64,000 bases of DNA from Candidatus Binatia bacterium (GCA_963666315.2 CAXXHG010000014.1:96001-160000), one strand, 5' to 3'. Positions 40,018 to 50,364 are shown, counted from the first letter of the stretch. Notes: generated from the sequence alone by a model not told the origin. Numbers and translations: made by a program.

Positions 40018-40695
40018 TTACGGTCTATTCTTCGGAGCGCGCGGGGCGCGCAGTGCACGGGTATTTCGCGCTTTTTCAAGAATAGCACGGTGTACGGCAT
40101 CAATACTCTGGTGTGCGTCAAGAATGCACACCCGTTCAGGCTCAGCGAGGGCAATCTGTAGAAAACCGCTCCGCACCCGCTCATGAAAGGCAACCGACTC
40201 CGTCTCAAAATGATCAACCGCTGCGGTCCCACGCCGCTCTTGGGCTCGCCGCAGACCCACTGCGACGGGGAGATCAAGGACAAATGTCAGCTGGGGCATA
40301 CATGCGCCGCACACAAACGCGTTCAGTCGGGCGATCTCTGCCAAGTCGAAGCCACGCCCATGGCCCTGATAGGCCGTTGTCGAGTCAGCAAAACGGTCAC
40401 ACAGCACAATCCGGCCTGCCTGGAGGCTGGGCGCAATGACGGCCTGAATATGTTGCGCACGATCAGCTAGCATGAGCAGCAATTCGGCCTTAGCGGCAAG
40501 TGGCACATCAGCTTGCTGTTTCAACTGGGGATGTAACAGAATCTGGCGTAACGCTAGCCCGAGCGGGGTCCCACCGGGCTCCCGCGTTATGACCACCTCA
40601 TGCCCGCGCGCGCGCAGCACGTCTGCCAAAAGTTCTATTTGGGTGGTCTTGCCACACCCTTCTCCGCCTTCAAAAGAGAGTAAAACTCCAGCCAT
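40018..40695 (-). CDS. tmk: Thymidylate kinase
   Basis: FEGGEGCGKTTQ, TREPGGT, CDRFADST.AYQG. Confidence 0.95.
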   Translation of the reverse strand: MAGVLLSFEGGEGCGKTTQIELLADVLRARGHEVVITREPGGTPLGLALRQILLHPQLKQQADVPLAAKAELLLMLADRAQHIQAVIAPSLQAGRIVLCDRFADSTTAYQGHGRGFDLAEIARLNAFVCGACMPQLTFVLDLPVAVGLRRAQERRGTAAVDHFETESVAFHERVRSGFLQIALAEPERVCILDAHQSIDAVHRAILEKARNTRALRAPRAPKNRP

Positions 40696-40734
40696 AGCGT
40701 ATTCTCTAACGGCTTGCGGAATATATCGGAAAAG

Positions 40735-42603
40735 CTAGCTGACTTCCAATCCGACAGACTGCATCAAAGCCAATGCGTTACTCTTTTGCACCACACCGGA
40801 GCGCATGCGGTAGTCAAAAACGAGCTGACCATCCACGAGTTGATCTTCGAAACAGACATTTGTCGCCCGAGGAGCTAATTCCTCGGCAATACGCACCAGG
40901 GCTAAATCGTGCGTGGTCACCAGGCCGATAGCGCCTCGTGCCAGCAGGCCGCGCACCACAGCCGCAGCTCCGATCTGACGATCGTGTGAATTCGTACCAT
41001 GAAAGATTTCGTCTAACAGGAAAAGCAGTGGGAGCGGCCCCTCAGCCGAGTCCATGAGCTGGCGTACGCGGATAATCTCGGCATAGAAATGAGACGTGCC
41101 GGCATGCAGCGAGTCCTGCACCCGTAACGTGGCCCCAAATGTGAGCGGTGAAAGTCGCAACTGCTGAGCACGAACGGGAGCCCCGGCCAAGGCCAGCACC
41201 GCATTGACCCCAACCGTACGCAACAGCGTACTCTTGCCCGACATATTCGAGCCGCTGACGATCAGCACCTGCAGCTGTTCCCCGAGACAGACATCATTCC
41301 GAACACACTCCCGTTCCGGCATTAGCGGATGGCCGAGGCCCTTTCCATCAAAGCAGGCCACCTTTTTTTCATTTGCCTGCGCCTCAACAATTTCCGGAAA
41401 CGGATCTGTTGGATTTTCATACGCATAGCCGGACAGGGCCTGCAGCGCTTCAAATGCTCCAATCGCACAGAGCCAGCCGACGACGGCCTGACCTGAACCG
41501 GCGCGCCAACGCTCAAGGGCGAATGCGATCTGGGGTGTCCACAGCAGGAGGGCGGCAATCGGAATAAAGAGCTGATTGCGGCTGGATTCAAGCAGCGTGA
41601 TGAGTCGATTGAGCCGCGCAATTTGGCGCGAGGGAGGTAAGCCGTGGGTGTTGATCGCAGTTTGGAGATCGATCAGCCACGGACACGAAAACGGCTCCCG
41701 CTCAAGGCAGGTGAGGATTTTGGAGAGGAGGGTGAGCTCGCGTCCGGGCCGATCGATCTCGGCAGTGATCTTTTGCACCCGGGGCCGTAAGACAGCGATA
41801 AAAATACTTTGGACCAAGAACGCTAGCAGAAACGGGACTGGGCCAACCGTGGTGGCCGCCCAGGCAAGCAAGGTCAGTATAGATATAGCGGACAGCAGCG
41901 CGGCAAGACCGGGGAGCCACCATCCAGAGAATTGAATAGGCGTACTCCCCCAGGCTGTTAATGCCTCAGGCGTGATCCCAGGCTCGACATCGTCGCCGTC
42001 TATAGCCAGTTCTTCGCGTAAATCGAGACGCAGGCAAAGCTCGTCTATAGCTTGCTGACGGGCACGGATCTCGTGTGCTTGAGCCGATGTACACAGCCAT
42101 GAGGCCAAGGTGTGCCGGCCGCTTGAGGTACGAGCGGTACACAGCAGCTCAAACGCCGAGCCTGGACCAAAAAGGTCGAGATCAGCAGCATACGGATGGC
42201 CGTCTTCCAAGAATTTTGACAAGAATCCTGCCCCAGGCTCCCCGTTTCCTACCCATCGATCTTCAAGGCGGGCGAGTCCTCGGTCGTAAAAGGCGACACT
42301 GCGTTCTGCTTGGAGGCGCTGTCGTTTCACCCGTTCATGGGCAATCACCAGCCCCGCAAAACCCAGGATAACGGGCAGTATCCACCCCCACGAGAGCATG
42401 TCTGGCCGGAGGACAAACCACACAAAGCCTAGCCCAGCGAGAAACACCAGGAGGCGGATATTGCCCATACGGTGCTCAAGCTGGATACAGCGTTGTTGCT
42501 CTTTTTGGCGTTCGACAAACCGGCGTGCATACTCGGCATGCGGATCGGCGGGACGAGACGGGAGAGCGGTCTCCCCAGTAGCCTGCGGTAGATCGGCCGA
42601 CAT
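40735..42603 (-). CDS. Membrane-anchored MutS-related ATPase (domain V, no mismatch-binding domain)
   Basis: N-terminal TM segments; GSNMSGKST, SHFYAE, LLDEIFHGTNS, TTHDL. Confidence 0.88.
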   Translation of the reverse strand: MSADLPQATGETALPSRPADPHAEYARRFVERQKEQQRCIQLEHRMGNIRLLVFLAGLGFVWFVLRPDMLSWGWILPVILGFAGLVIAHERVKRQRLQAERSVAFYDRGLARLEDRWVGNGEPGAGFLSKFLEDGHPYAADLDLFGPGSAFELLCTARTSSGRHTLASWLCTSAQAHEIRARQQAIDELCLRLDLREELAIDGDDVEPGITPEALTAWGSTPIQFSGWWLPGLAALLSAISILTLLAWAATTVGPVPFLLAFLVQSIFIAVLRPRVQKITAEIDRPGRELTLLSKILTCLEREPFSCPWLIDLQTAINTHGLPPSRQIARLNRLITLLESSRNQLFIPIAALLLWTPQIAFALERWRAGSGQAVVGWLCAIGAFEALQALSGYAYENPTDPFPEIVEAQANEKKVACFDGKGLGHPLMPERECVRNDVCLGEQLQVLIVSGSNMSGKSTLLRTVGVNAVLALAGAPVRAQQLRLSPLTFGATLRVQDSLHAGTSHFYAEIIRVRQLMDSAEGPLPLLFLLDEIFHGTNSHDRQIGAAAVVRGLLARGAIGLVTTHDLALVRIAEELAPRATNVCFEDQLVDGQLVFDYRMRSGVVQKSNALALMQSVGLEVS

Positions 42604-42637
42604 GAATTCAGGTCCTTTCAAATAGTGGGCTGAGGAT

Positions 42638-43414
42638 TTAGAGCAGGCCTAGATACCAGGCGATCAGGGTTTCGCCGACAAAGAGATAACACAACGCGCC
42701 GAACGACAAGAAAGGCCCAAACGGTAATGCCAGCTTGGTGTCGGCCTGGCGTCGGATCATGCTTGCGATCCCGATTCCCGATCCGACAAAGGATGCAATC
42801 AGCAACGCAAAGGGAACGGAACGCCAGCCCAGGAAGGCTCCGATCATAGCCAGGAGTTTGATATCTCCACCACCCATGCCTTCCCGTTTTGTAATCAGCC
42901 AGTATCCGAGCGCAACGGCTAGCAGGATACCGGCTCCAGCTGCGGCCCCGATCAGCGAATCCCACAACGTCAAGTGCGGAGAAAGAAAGGAAAAGAGCAT
43001 GCCCACAACAATTCCAGGCAGACTAATGACATCCGGGATGATCTGATAATCGACATCAATAAACGTGATGACAACCAGCGCTGCGGCAAAGACGAAGTAG
43101 CCCAGCGTACTCACGCTGATACCAAATTGCACAACCAACATCAGGGCAATGAGGGCAGTCAGGAGCTCGACAAAAAAGTAACGTGAAGAAAACTGGGCGC
43201 CACATGCCCGACAGCGTCCGCGCCGAAAAAGATAGGTCAGCAGAGGGATATTATCATACCAGGCAAGCGGCGTTGGGCAGCTTCGGCAGTGGGATTCTGG
43301 GGAGACAATCGACTCCTCAAGTGGCAGCCGATAGATGCATACATTCAAAAAGCTTCCGATGCAGGCGCCAAACACAAAAGCGAAAGTGAAAACAAGCAGC
43401 AGGGGGATCTCCAT
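42638..43414 (-). CDS. pilD: Type IV prepilin peptidase/N-methyltransferase
   Basis: GSFLNVCIYRLP, two CxxC pairs, GMGGGDIKL, PFGPFL. Confidence 0.93.
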   Translation of the reverse strand: MEIPLLLVFTFAFVFGACIGSFLNVCIYRLPLEESIVSPESHCRSCPTPLAWYDNIPLLTYLFRRGRCRACGAQFSSRYFFVELLTALIALMLVVQFGISVSTLGYFVFAAALVVITFIDVDYQIIPDVISLPGIVVGMLFSFLSPHLTLWDSLIGAAAGAGILLAVALGYWLITKREGMGGGDIKLLAMIGAFLGWRSVPFALLIASFVGSGIGIASMIRRQADTKLALPFGPFLSFGALCYLFVGETLIAWYLGLL

Positions 43415-43433
43415 GACTAACAATTCGTCTAGT

Positions 43434-43916
43434 CTAATCGATCCGCACCCGACCGGCAAGATTTATGACTACGCGCTTTGAAAATTCTCCATCACGAGAC
43501 GTCAGAGTGAGCGTCATGCCCCCGTCGACATGTCCGCGTGGAACAAAAATCACATCGCCTCTCGAATTCGCCGCAGAAATGACAACCGTCGCTGGTAGGC
43601 GTACATACACCCCGTCGTTTCCTCCATCTCCATGACTGTGGAGGTGATGTCCCAGCCATCTACCATTCTCTCTTTTTTCCACCACATATCTATTTGTCCC
43701 GGGCTGGAAGGTTACGCGCAAGCGACGATTCCGAGCAATGGCCTGCATGCGAACCAGCTGCAGGTCTGACACAATCTGCCGTACCCCGTTATTCAGCGCT
43801 GTCCGGTTCAGGAGTGGAGCCAGCTGGAGCGACGTCATACCGGCCAGCACTCCAAACAGGCTGATTACGAGGAGGAGTTCGAGCAGGGAAAAGCCCTGGA
43901 CGTCCTGACTACGCAT
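43434..43916 (-). CDS. FimT/FimU/GspH-like minor pilin
   Basis: Class III signal QG|FSLLELL; C-terminal VINLAGRVR. Confidence 0.85.
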   Translation of the reverse strand: MRSQDVQGFSLLELLLVISLFGVLAGMTSLQLAPLLNRTALNNGVRQIVSDLQLVRMQAIARNRRLRVTFQPGTNRYVVEKRENGRWLGHHLHSHGDGGNDGVYVRLPATVVISAANSRGDVIFVPRGHVDGGMTLTLTSRDGEFSKRVVINLAGRVRID

Positions 43917-45351
43917 CGAACTGCTCCGTCCACGACAGGGTGCGCTGCAGCAAGGTGAGCGCTCGCAGCACGGCCTCACAGCTATAATTGACGGACAGCG
44001 GGGTACAGGTGCTGCTCCGGGTGACGCGGTCAAAGTCACGCTTGGGGTCCGATACGCTGTCGTCCTGTATCACAATGGCTCCTATAATATGCCCACACAC
44101 ATTCGGACCTGTGACTTGCAAATCCCCAGCGTTCAGAAGAACGATAATGCCCTGCCAATACAGGATAACATTCTGGAGCCGTACGATCCTCGGAATGACC
44201 AAGATCCCAGCTCCACTCACCACACTGCCGCCTGTGAAAGTAAGCGATCCTTTGCGGTCTTCTACCCAGGTGATCCGGGGCTGGTCAGCTGCTCGAAAAG
44301 TATGCAAACCAGTGCGAATATTTTTTTCAATGTGTAGCACCTGCTCCGCAGGGAACTCTTCAAGGCGTTGTTGCATATCAGCGAAAGCGGTCTGAAGTTG
44401 GAGTCGTTCAGCCGCCGCTAGCCAACGCACAAACGGAACTGGCGTGGAACCCATGGACCCAATTGAGGTTGGCGTAAAGGGGCCACGATCTTCCGGAGCC
44501 TCGGGGAGATGGATGTGGGCAGGCTGGGCTGTGGCACGCAGGACTGACGCCGATAGATCAAGTCCGAGAAAGCACGCCGTTTCTTGAGCGGCACAGGTTT
44601 CCTCAATAAAACGGGAGAGTGGGGCTGGACCACGGACCCAGGCGAGACCCGGAGTACAGGAGCCTAACGCACTACTGCTTCCATCAGCACGGCACGCACG
44701 ATTTGCCCATCTTACAATTTTTTGTTTCAGGCTGTTGAGCGCATTGATGAGGTCAGTCTGCGCCCCGACCTGGCTTACGGCAAAAGGTGCGATGTCGGGA
44801 CAAAGAGGTGACAACGTCCCATCGGCTGCGTGATTCCTACCATCAACGCTAAAGTCCGGGATGCGATGGCCCGAACCTGCCGGGCTTGATGCAGCATCTG
44901 TAAAATCCGAATGTAGCCCATCTCCGATACTCGTAACCACACCCAGCGGTATAAACTACGGGATGTGGACAACCTCTTCGACCACACGACGGGACGCGTG
45001 GTGGCCCTGTCCGATGGCCGTAATTCTGTACCGCCCATCATCCAAGTCTTCGATCTGGACAGTATAGATCCCAGCGCCGAGGGCCTCAGGACCAATAGCA
45101 ATAGGAAATGCGGCCCCTGGCAGATTGTTCTCCAGCCAATTTTTACCCACTTCTGCACCAGCCTGTGCAAGCCACAAGGCTTGCACCCCACTCAGCAGAT
45201 TTTGCGAGACAAACAGGTCAGCCCGGCTCAAAATGGTCCCGCTACCCCCAATGGCGGCGAGCAAGGTCATAAGAATAAGGGTGGAGAGCAAGGCAACGCC
45301 CTGCTCTGAACGGAGAGCTGCGGGGATCAGCTTTCTGATAGCGTCTCGCAT
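43909..45351 (-). pseudogene. PilX-like minor pilin split by an in-frame amber stop
   Basis: EQGVALL...ALWLAQAG N-terminus; TAG at 44958-44956, then the same frame continues FIPLGVVTS to 43909. Confidence 0.8.
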
Positions 45352-45358
45352 CTGGCCT

Positions 45359-46073
45359 CTAGCTGGGAGGGTTGGACAGAAAGACTGCCGAGCCTAACTC
45401 AGCCGCAATCGGCTGTGTCACACCGCGGTCAGGATGTTGGCGCGCTGTTCGGATGACAATATCGATGAGAAAGACGGCGGCTCGTGCGTCGCCATCCAAG
45501 GGCGGAAGGAGTTCGGTTCCATCCCGGTCGAAATAGGACAAGAGAAATCCATCAGGAGGCGTATCGCCAATAAAGGGTTGGGGGCTGCCCCGGCCCGTCG
45601 CGCGACGCAGCATCTGCGCATCGGCATCATACGGTATACAGCACCCGTTCGCTCGGGTCGTCTGGACAGCCGTCTGGGGCTGAGCCAAAACGATCACCCC
45701 GAAAATCATATTGCATACTCACCGTCTGCTCATCAGCCACCACCAGCCGCTCAAAACCTTCACAGGCTCCGCCCCGAACGGGTCGAGCGCCGGCCATGCG
45801 TAGCTCTCTGACCAAAAAATCAATTGCCAACCGACTACTCTCGCGTACGCTCAAGCGCACGGTTTCGGCCTGCAGGACCTGCACATTGAAACGGAAGAAG
45901 CCATACAACGCCAGAAAAAAGACGCCGACAATGCCCAGCGAAACAATGATCTCAAGCAGGGTCCAGCCAGCTCCGGACCAACAGGACTGACGACCAGGAA
46001 AGCAGCCCTGCCACGCATCCGAAGAACTGTCGTTATGCCTTTTCCCGGCGAGTAGTCCGTGTTTCAAAAACAC
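45359..46073 (-). pseudogene. PilW-like minor pilin with frameshift
   Basis: G|WTLLE, ELRMAG; VLYT then one extra base near 45632, YDADAQ continues in another frame. Confidence 0.8.
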
Positions 46074-46107
46074 TGCAAGGTCTCCTGAAGATCTCCTGCG
46101 TTTCTCT

Positions 46108-46480
46108 CTACTGATTGACGACCGTCACAAGAGTCACACTGTGGGGCTGAGGATCAGACCAAGAAACGGTGACATCAATCCGGGCCACGCCGCTCTCCGG
46201 TGTATCGAAAGAGACCTGCCAGCTCCTGACGAAACCTGCTTGTCGCGTATCGCTCCCGTCTCGAAGCGGTTCAAACTCGGCGCGGAATTCTTCTAATTTG
46301 TCTTGAGCGAGGATCATTTCCTGGGTGAGACGGTCACTCACGTGTCCCGCCCGGATGACCGCCACCGCCCCTGCCGACAAACTCAGGGATGCAATGGCAA
46401 AGATCGCCATAGCGACAAGGACTTCGATAAAAGAATATCCTGATGATATAGAATTCAGAACATTCTTTCTTAGAATGCAA
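46108..46480 (-). pseudogene. PilV-like minor pilin lacking an in-frame canonical start
   Basis: G|YSFIEVLVAM (46440-46410) has an in-frame TAG upstream and no ATG/GTG/TTG in between; the SD-preceded TTG at 46480 is 1 nt out of frame. Confidence 0.6.
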
Positions 46481-46559
46481 ATTTTTCCTTCCTACATCAG
46501 TATCGCCGCTGGCAAGAGCCTGGGCCAGAATGGGCTTTTGGGATAGGCGCTGAGCGCTC

Positions 46560-46574
46560 GCATTGCATCCGCCA
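46560..46574 (-). promoter_or_regulatory. Possible sigma-54 promoter of the pilin operon
   Basis: Minus strand TGGCGGATGCAATGC has GG-N10-GC spacing. Confidence 0.3.
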
Positions 46575-46624
46575 ATGAGACAGCATAATTTGCAGGGAAA
46601 TATCTCTGAGAGAGGAAACGATCC

Positions 46625-47059
46625 ATGCCGCATGAAACACTGTTCAAATTTCTATACCCTAACACTCTCCTGCGTGAATACGAATATTGGGCAGTTTTGC
46701 TCCGCCCGAAGCAGGTGACTCTCGGCTCGCTGGTCTTAGTCTGCACGGCAGACGCCACCAGTATGGCCGACGTATCAGCACCCGCCTTTGCTGAACTGCA
46801 CACGGTGACTGCAGATCTGGAAGGGGTACTCAAAAAGGCGTTTACCTTTGACAAGATCAACTATCTCTTACTCATGATGGTAGACAAACACGTCCACTTT
46901 CACATTATTCCACGTTATGCTGATGCGCGGACTGCGTGTGGGGTTGAGTTCATCGATACCGCCTGGCCGAAGCCGCCGGATGTGACCCAAGCCGTAGATT
47001 TGACAGACGAACAGTTTACGGAATTACTCAGACGGCTGCGTGCTTCTTGGCCGCAGTAG
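46625..47059 (+). CDS. HIT family nucleotide hydrolase
   Basis: HVHFHIIPRY histidine triad. Confidence 0.88.
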   Translation: MPHETLFKFLYPNTLLREYEYWAVLLRPKQVTLGSLVLVCTADATSMADVSAPAFAELHTVTADLEGVLKKAFTFDKINYLLLMMVDKHVHFHIIPRYADARTACGVEFIDTAWPKPPDVTQAVDLTDEQFTELLRRLRASWPQ

Positions 47060-47077
47060 AAGGCCAGTCTGCACTGA

Positions 47078-47238
47078 GAGCGTGTCCAAAAAGTACATTC
47101 TGGGCGCCGTCCGGCTGCAAGCAGCATGCCCAGCGTTGCCCTGCATCGCCATATCACAGCGGTATAGCTGCTTCGGGCGCCTTGGTCATGCTACTTTCGC
47201 TCGGGCTTTGGCCACAGAGACACTTATTAGACACGCTC
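47078..47238. mobile_element. MITE with IS5-like ends and 3-bp TGA target-site duplication
   Basis: GAGCGTGTCCAAAAAGT vs reverse complement GAGCGTGTCTAATAAGT (15/17); TGA on both flanks (47075-77, 47239-41). Confidence 0.75.
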
Positions 47239-47468
47239 TGAGAGGTACGCACGCCACACTCACGCTCCGTCTTTTTTCCATGTTATGCCACCGAACACGA
47301 TGTGATTTTTCAGGCTACGTTTTCTTTTATATAATATCCTATTGGCCGGCTGCCCCTCTTCCTCTCTTGCTTACTCAGCGCCTACTGGACGAAGACGAAT
47401 TCCAGCACGAAATAAATTTCACGCAGGGGGGTTGCAAAATTCGTCCTAACAGCTAGTAACTTGAACTT

Positions 47469-47789
47469 ATGATGAATGCTGCTGTGGACGTGTTGGTGGT
47501 GGATGCGGAAGGCGGCGAGCAGCAGCCTCGCTATTCGTCGCATAGCCCGTTTAAAGGACTGCTCCGTGATGTACTGTCCGACGCCTTCGTCGTGCGGGAC
47601 CTCGCACGGAAAGGTAACAAGATGTTTGTCACTCAGCTTGAGATGGATCGCACCTGGTTCCAATCGAGAGATGAGAGTCCGTTCAGCTATTTGTGGATCT
47701 GTCAGCATCTTGGTCTTGATCCACTAAAAATTCGGACGCTCTACTTCTCGTTGGACGCAGTGACCATCCCACGCTGGTGGGCTGCATAA
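47469..47789 (+). CDS. Hypothetical protein with W...PFSY.WIC..LGLDP motif
   Basis: 106-aa ORF followed by a GC hairpin. Confidence 0.65.
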   Translation: MMNAAVDVLVVDAEGGEQQPRYSSHSPFKGLLRDVLSDAFVVRDLARKGNKMFVTQLEMDRTWFQSRDESPFSYLWICQHLGLDPLKIRTLYFSLDAVTIPRWWAA

Positions 47790-47871
47790 CGGGTTGCTCA
47801 CCCTGTGTGTGTAGAATAGGGGGGAAGCGGACCGGCTCCTTCCCCTCCTCAGTGGCGACACAACGTCGAAC

Positions 47872-49710
47872 CTAGGAACGGCCCCTTGCGCGCCCGAGCG
47901 CTTCCGTCAGGAGGGGTACCACCTGTGCGTAGTCTCCAACTATGCCCAGATCGGCCGTCTTAAAAATCGGCGCTTTGGCTTTGGTATTAATTGCGACTAT
48001 GGTCCCCGCTTTGCGGAGTCCGACGGTGTGTTCAAAGGCGCCGCGTATGCCAATTGCAAAATAGAGCTTGGGCGCAATCGCCCGCCCAGTAAGGCCTACC
48101 TGGTGTTGCCGAGGCAACCAGCCTAAGTCAGAGATATCCCGCGTCGAGGCCAGTGGGGCTCCACCCAACACCTCTGCCAGTTCTTCAATCATGGGCAGAT
48201 TCTCCGGCCCGCCCATTCCCTTCCCCACTCCGATAGCGATTTCCGCTGAGTCGAGCGCCGCCGCTTTCGCTGCGTCAGCACCTGTTTGTGACACGAGCTT
48301 CACCCGGCTGTGTACGGCGGCATCAAGTGTGAGCATTTCGATCCGCGCCTGGCGGCTCGGATCGGGTCGGGCCTTGATCAGCATGCCCGGACGGACGGTT
48401 GCCATTTCGGGCGTCGTCTTGGACAAAACCGGTGCAACAATATTACCGCCAAAAGCAGGTTTGAGCTGTAAGAGCTGGCCTTGGTCGTTGACCTCAAGAC
48501 CAACACAATCGCCGGTGAGTCCCAACCCAAGCCGGGCGGCAACACGTGGGGCGAGGTCGCGGCCAACCGCGGTTGAGCCGAGCAGGACGACCTTCGGCTT
48601 GTGGTTTTGAATCGCGTCGGTCAAGACCGCCGTATACAGCTCGGTATCATACGAGGCCAATCGCACGTTGTCGGCGCGGTACATAACGTCCACCCCGTGA
48701 ATTGCTAGGGTAGCGATATGCGCATCCACTCCACTGCCGATCAAAACTGCGCCGACTTCTCCGCCGTAGTGCGCCGCCAGCTCGACGGCTTTGCCTAAAA
48801 GCTCAAGACTCACCGGTCGCAAAGCATCCCCGAGTATCTCGGCAACAACCCATACCGCCTTGCCCGGCTCGGGCGTCCCTGTTCGTTGCCGCCCTGCGAC
48901 AGCATCCCCATCACCCGCCCACGTTCCGAACAGACCACGTTCTAAGAGAACCTGGACCACCGTGTCAACTTGTTCTGATAGTTCCCCTTCAAGCACGCGG
49001 CCCTCACGGCTGTCCTCAACTGTTTGAACAGATTCGACCCACGTCGGCGAACCCGCCGCTCCGAATTGGGACAAGTCGGACGACAGGTCGCCGGCCGTGA
49101 CGGTTTGAATAGGGTGCTCCTTAGCCGCTTCTCGCTCAGCTCTCTTGGGGAACCGCTCCGGAGCCAGATCCTCTGTGGCCGAAATGAGCGCGGGCAGAGG
49201 GCATTCCAGCATGTCAAAACCACTATCCGTCTCGCGCTCAACCGTAATCGTTTTGCCATCATCGTTGAGGGTCAATTTCCCGACACCCGTGACCTGGGGA
49301 ATATTCAGCATTTCAGCAATTTCCGGTCCCACCTGGCCGGTTTCCGCATCCGTGCTATGGCGCCCACATAAAATGAGATCATAGCCTTCTTTTTCGCTTG
49401 CGAGTGCTAAAGCACGCGCGGTCGCAAGCGTGTCTGCCCCGGCAAATGCCCGGTCCGTGAGGTGCACCACCCGGTCCGCACCGAGGGCCAAACAGTGCCG
49501 CAGAGCCTCTTCAGCTTGCGGCGGCCCCATGGTCAGGGCGACGACTTCTCCGCCATGCGTCTCGCGCAGTTCGAGCGCTTTCAGCAACCCACGTACATCA
49601 AACGAACTGACCTCCGACGGCACCCCCTCACGCTGGAGCGTTTTCGTCTCGGGGTCGAGCTTCATGGCCGAAACTACCGGCACTTGCTTCACCAACACAA
49701 TTATTTTCAT
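47872..49710 (-). CDS. Fused electron transfer flavoprotein beta-alpha
   Basis: Beta: VKQVP, GADTLATA, DAETGQVG; alpha: QVGLTG, YFAIGIRGA, AINT. Confidence 0.9.
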   Translation of the reverse strand: MKIIVLVKQVPVVSAMKLDPETKTLQREGVPSEVSSFDVRGLLKALELRETHGGEVVALTMGPPQAEEALRHCLALGADRVVHLTDRAFAGADTLATARALALASEKEGYDLILCGRHSTDAETGQVGPEIAEMLNIPQVTGVGKLTLNDDGKTITVERETDSGFDMLECPLPALISATEDLAPERFPKRAEREAAKEHPIQTVTAGDLSSDLSQFGAAGSPTWVESVQTVEDSREGRVLEGELSEQVDTVVQVLLERGLFGTWAGDGDAVAGRQRTGTPEPGKAVWVVAEILGDALRPVSLELLGKAVELAAHYGGEVGAVLIGSGVDAHIATLAIHGVDVMYRADNVRLASYDTELYTAVLTDAIQNHKPKVVLLGSTAVGRDLAPRVAARLGLGLTGDCVGLEVNDQGQLLQLKPAFGGNIVAPVLSKTTPEMATVRPGMLIKARPDPSRQARIEMLTLDAAVHSRVKLVSQTGADAAKAAALDSAEIAIGVGKGMGGPENLPMIEELAEVLGGAPLASTRDISDLGWLPRQHQVGLTGRAIAPKLYFAIGIRGAFEHTVGLRKAGTIVAINTKAKAPIFKTADLGIVGDYAQVVPLLTEALGRARGRS

Positions 49711-49787
49711 AGACACAGCCGCTCCTTGGATAAAAGAAGTGGACGGCAGCCTATCGTGCTTGTCGGCGCAGCGTCAACCAACCAGGC

Positions 49788-49925
49788 TTAACGCGGTCGC
49801 CTACGCCACCTCTTCTGGAACTGAAAGGTATCGATACGTCTGCCATCCGGATCGAACAGAAAGGCCGTATCTGCGTCGTTATTCCAAATCGGAGATCGCG
49901 CGTTCCAATGAAAGATGAGTTGTCC
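49788..49925 (-). pseudogene. C-terminal remnant of a lamin-tail-domain (LTD) protein
   Basis: Frame GQLIFHWNARSPIWNNDADTAFLFDPDGRRIDTF...stop at 49788, overlapping the 3' end of the NTF2 gene. Confidence 0.55.
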
Positions 49926-50364
49926 GCCCCGGCGTGTACTCGTTCACAGGCAGACTGTAGTAAACAACAATCTTGCGCTCTTTAAACCACCAGCGACCTT
50001 CGTCTTTGATGAATTTGTCATCATAGCGGCCAAAGACGATCATGGGCTTATCGGTCGACTTTGTGATCGCGTCCGCATCCAGATAGCAGGTCGAGGTCGC
50101 CTCGTTGCCCGTAACTTCGATCACTGGTGATTCAATCTTGTGCCGTAAAAAGCGCACGCCCGCCCGGAGCGTATTGTCGTATTTCGCATACCAGCCTTTG
50201 ACCGCGTCTCGGCCTTCATACCGCTCGTCACTTTCATAGACTGGAAGCAGGACTGCGTCTTTGTGGAACAGGTCGCCGATTTCGTCTACCGTGCCACGGT
50301 CTACCACATGGCAATACTTGTGCAGCACCTGTTGGATAGCCACAATATCGTCAGCGTTTGACAT
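49879..50364 (-). CDS. NTF2/SnoaL-like protein
   Basis: YCHVVD, LF..DA, GRYDDKFIK.EGRWWF. Confidence 0.85.
   Translation of the reverse strand: MSNADDIVAIQQVLHKYCHVVDRGTVDEIGDLFHKDAVLLPVYESDERYEGRDAVKGWYAKYDNTLRAGVRFLRHKIESPVIEVTGNEATSTCYLDADAITKSTDKPMIVFGRYDDKFIKDEGRWWFKERKIVVYYSLPVNEYTPGRTTHLSLERAISDLE

Noticed and set aside
44956-44958. Amber readthrough or pyrrolysine recoding in the PilX-like gene
   Set aside because: TAG is the normal stop of many genes here, no pyl genes are visible, and neighbouring pilins are broken by frameshifts
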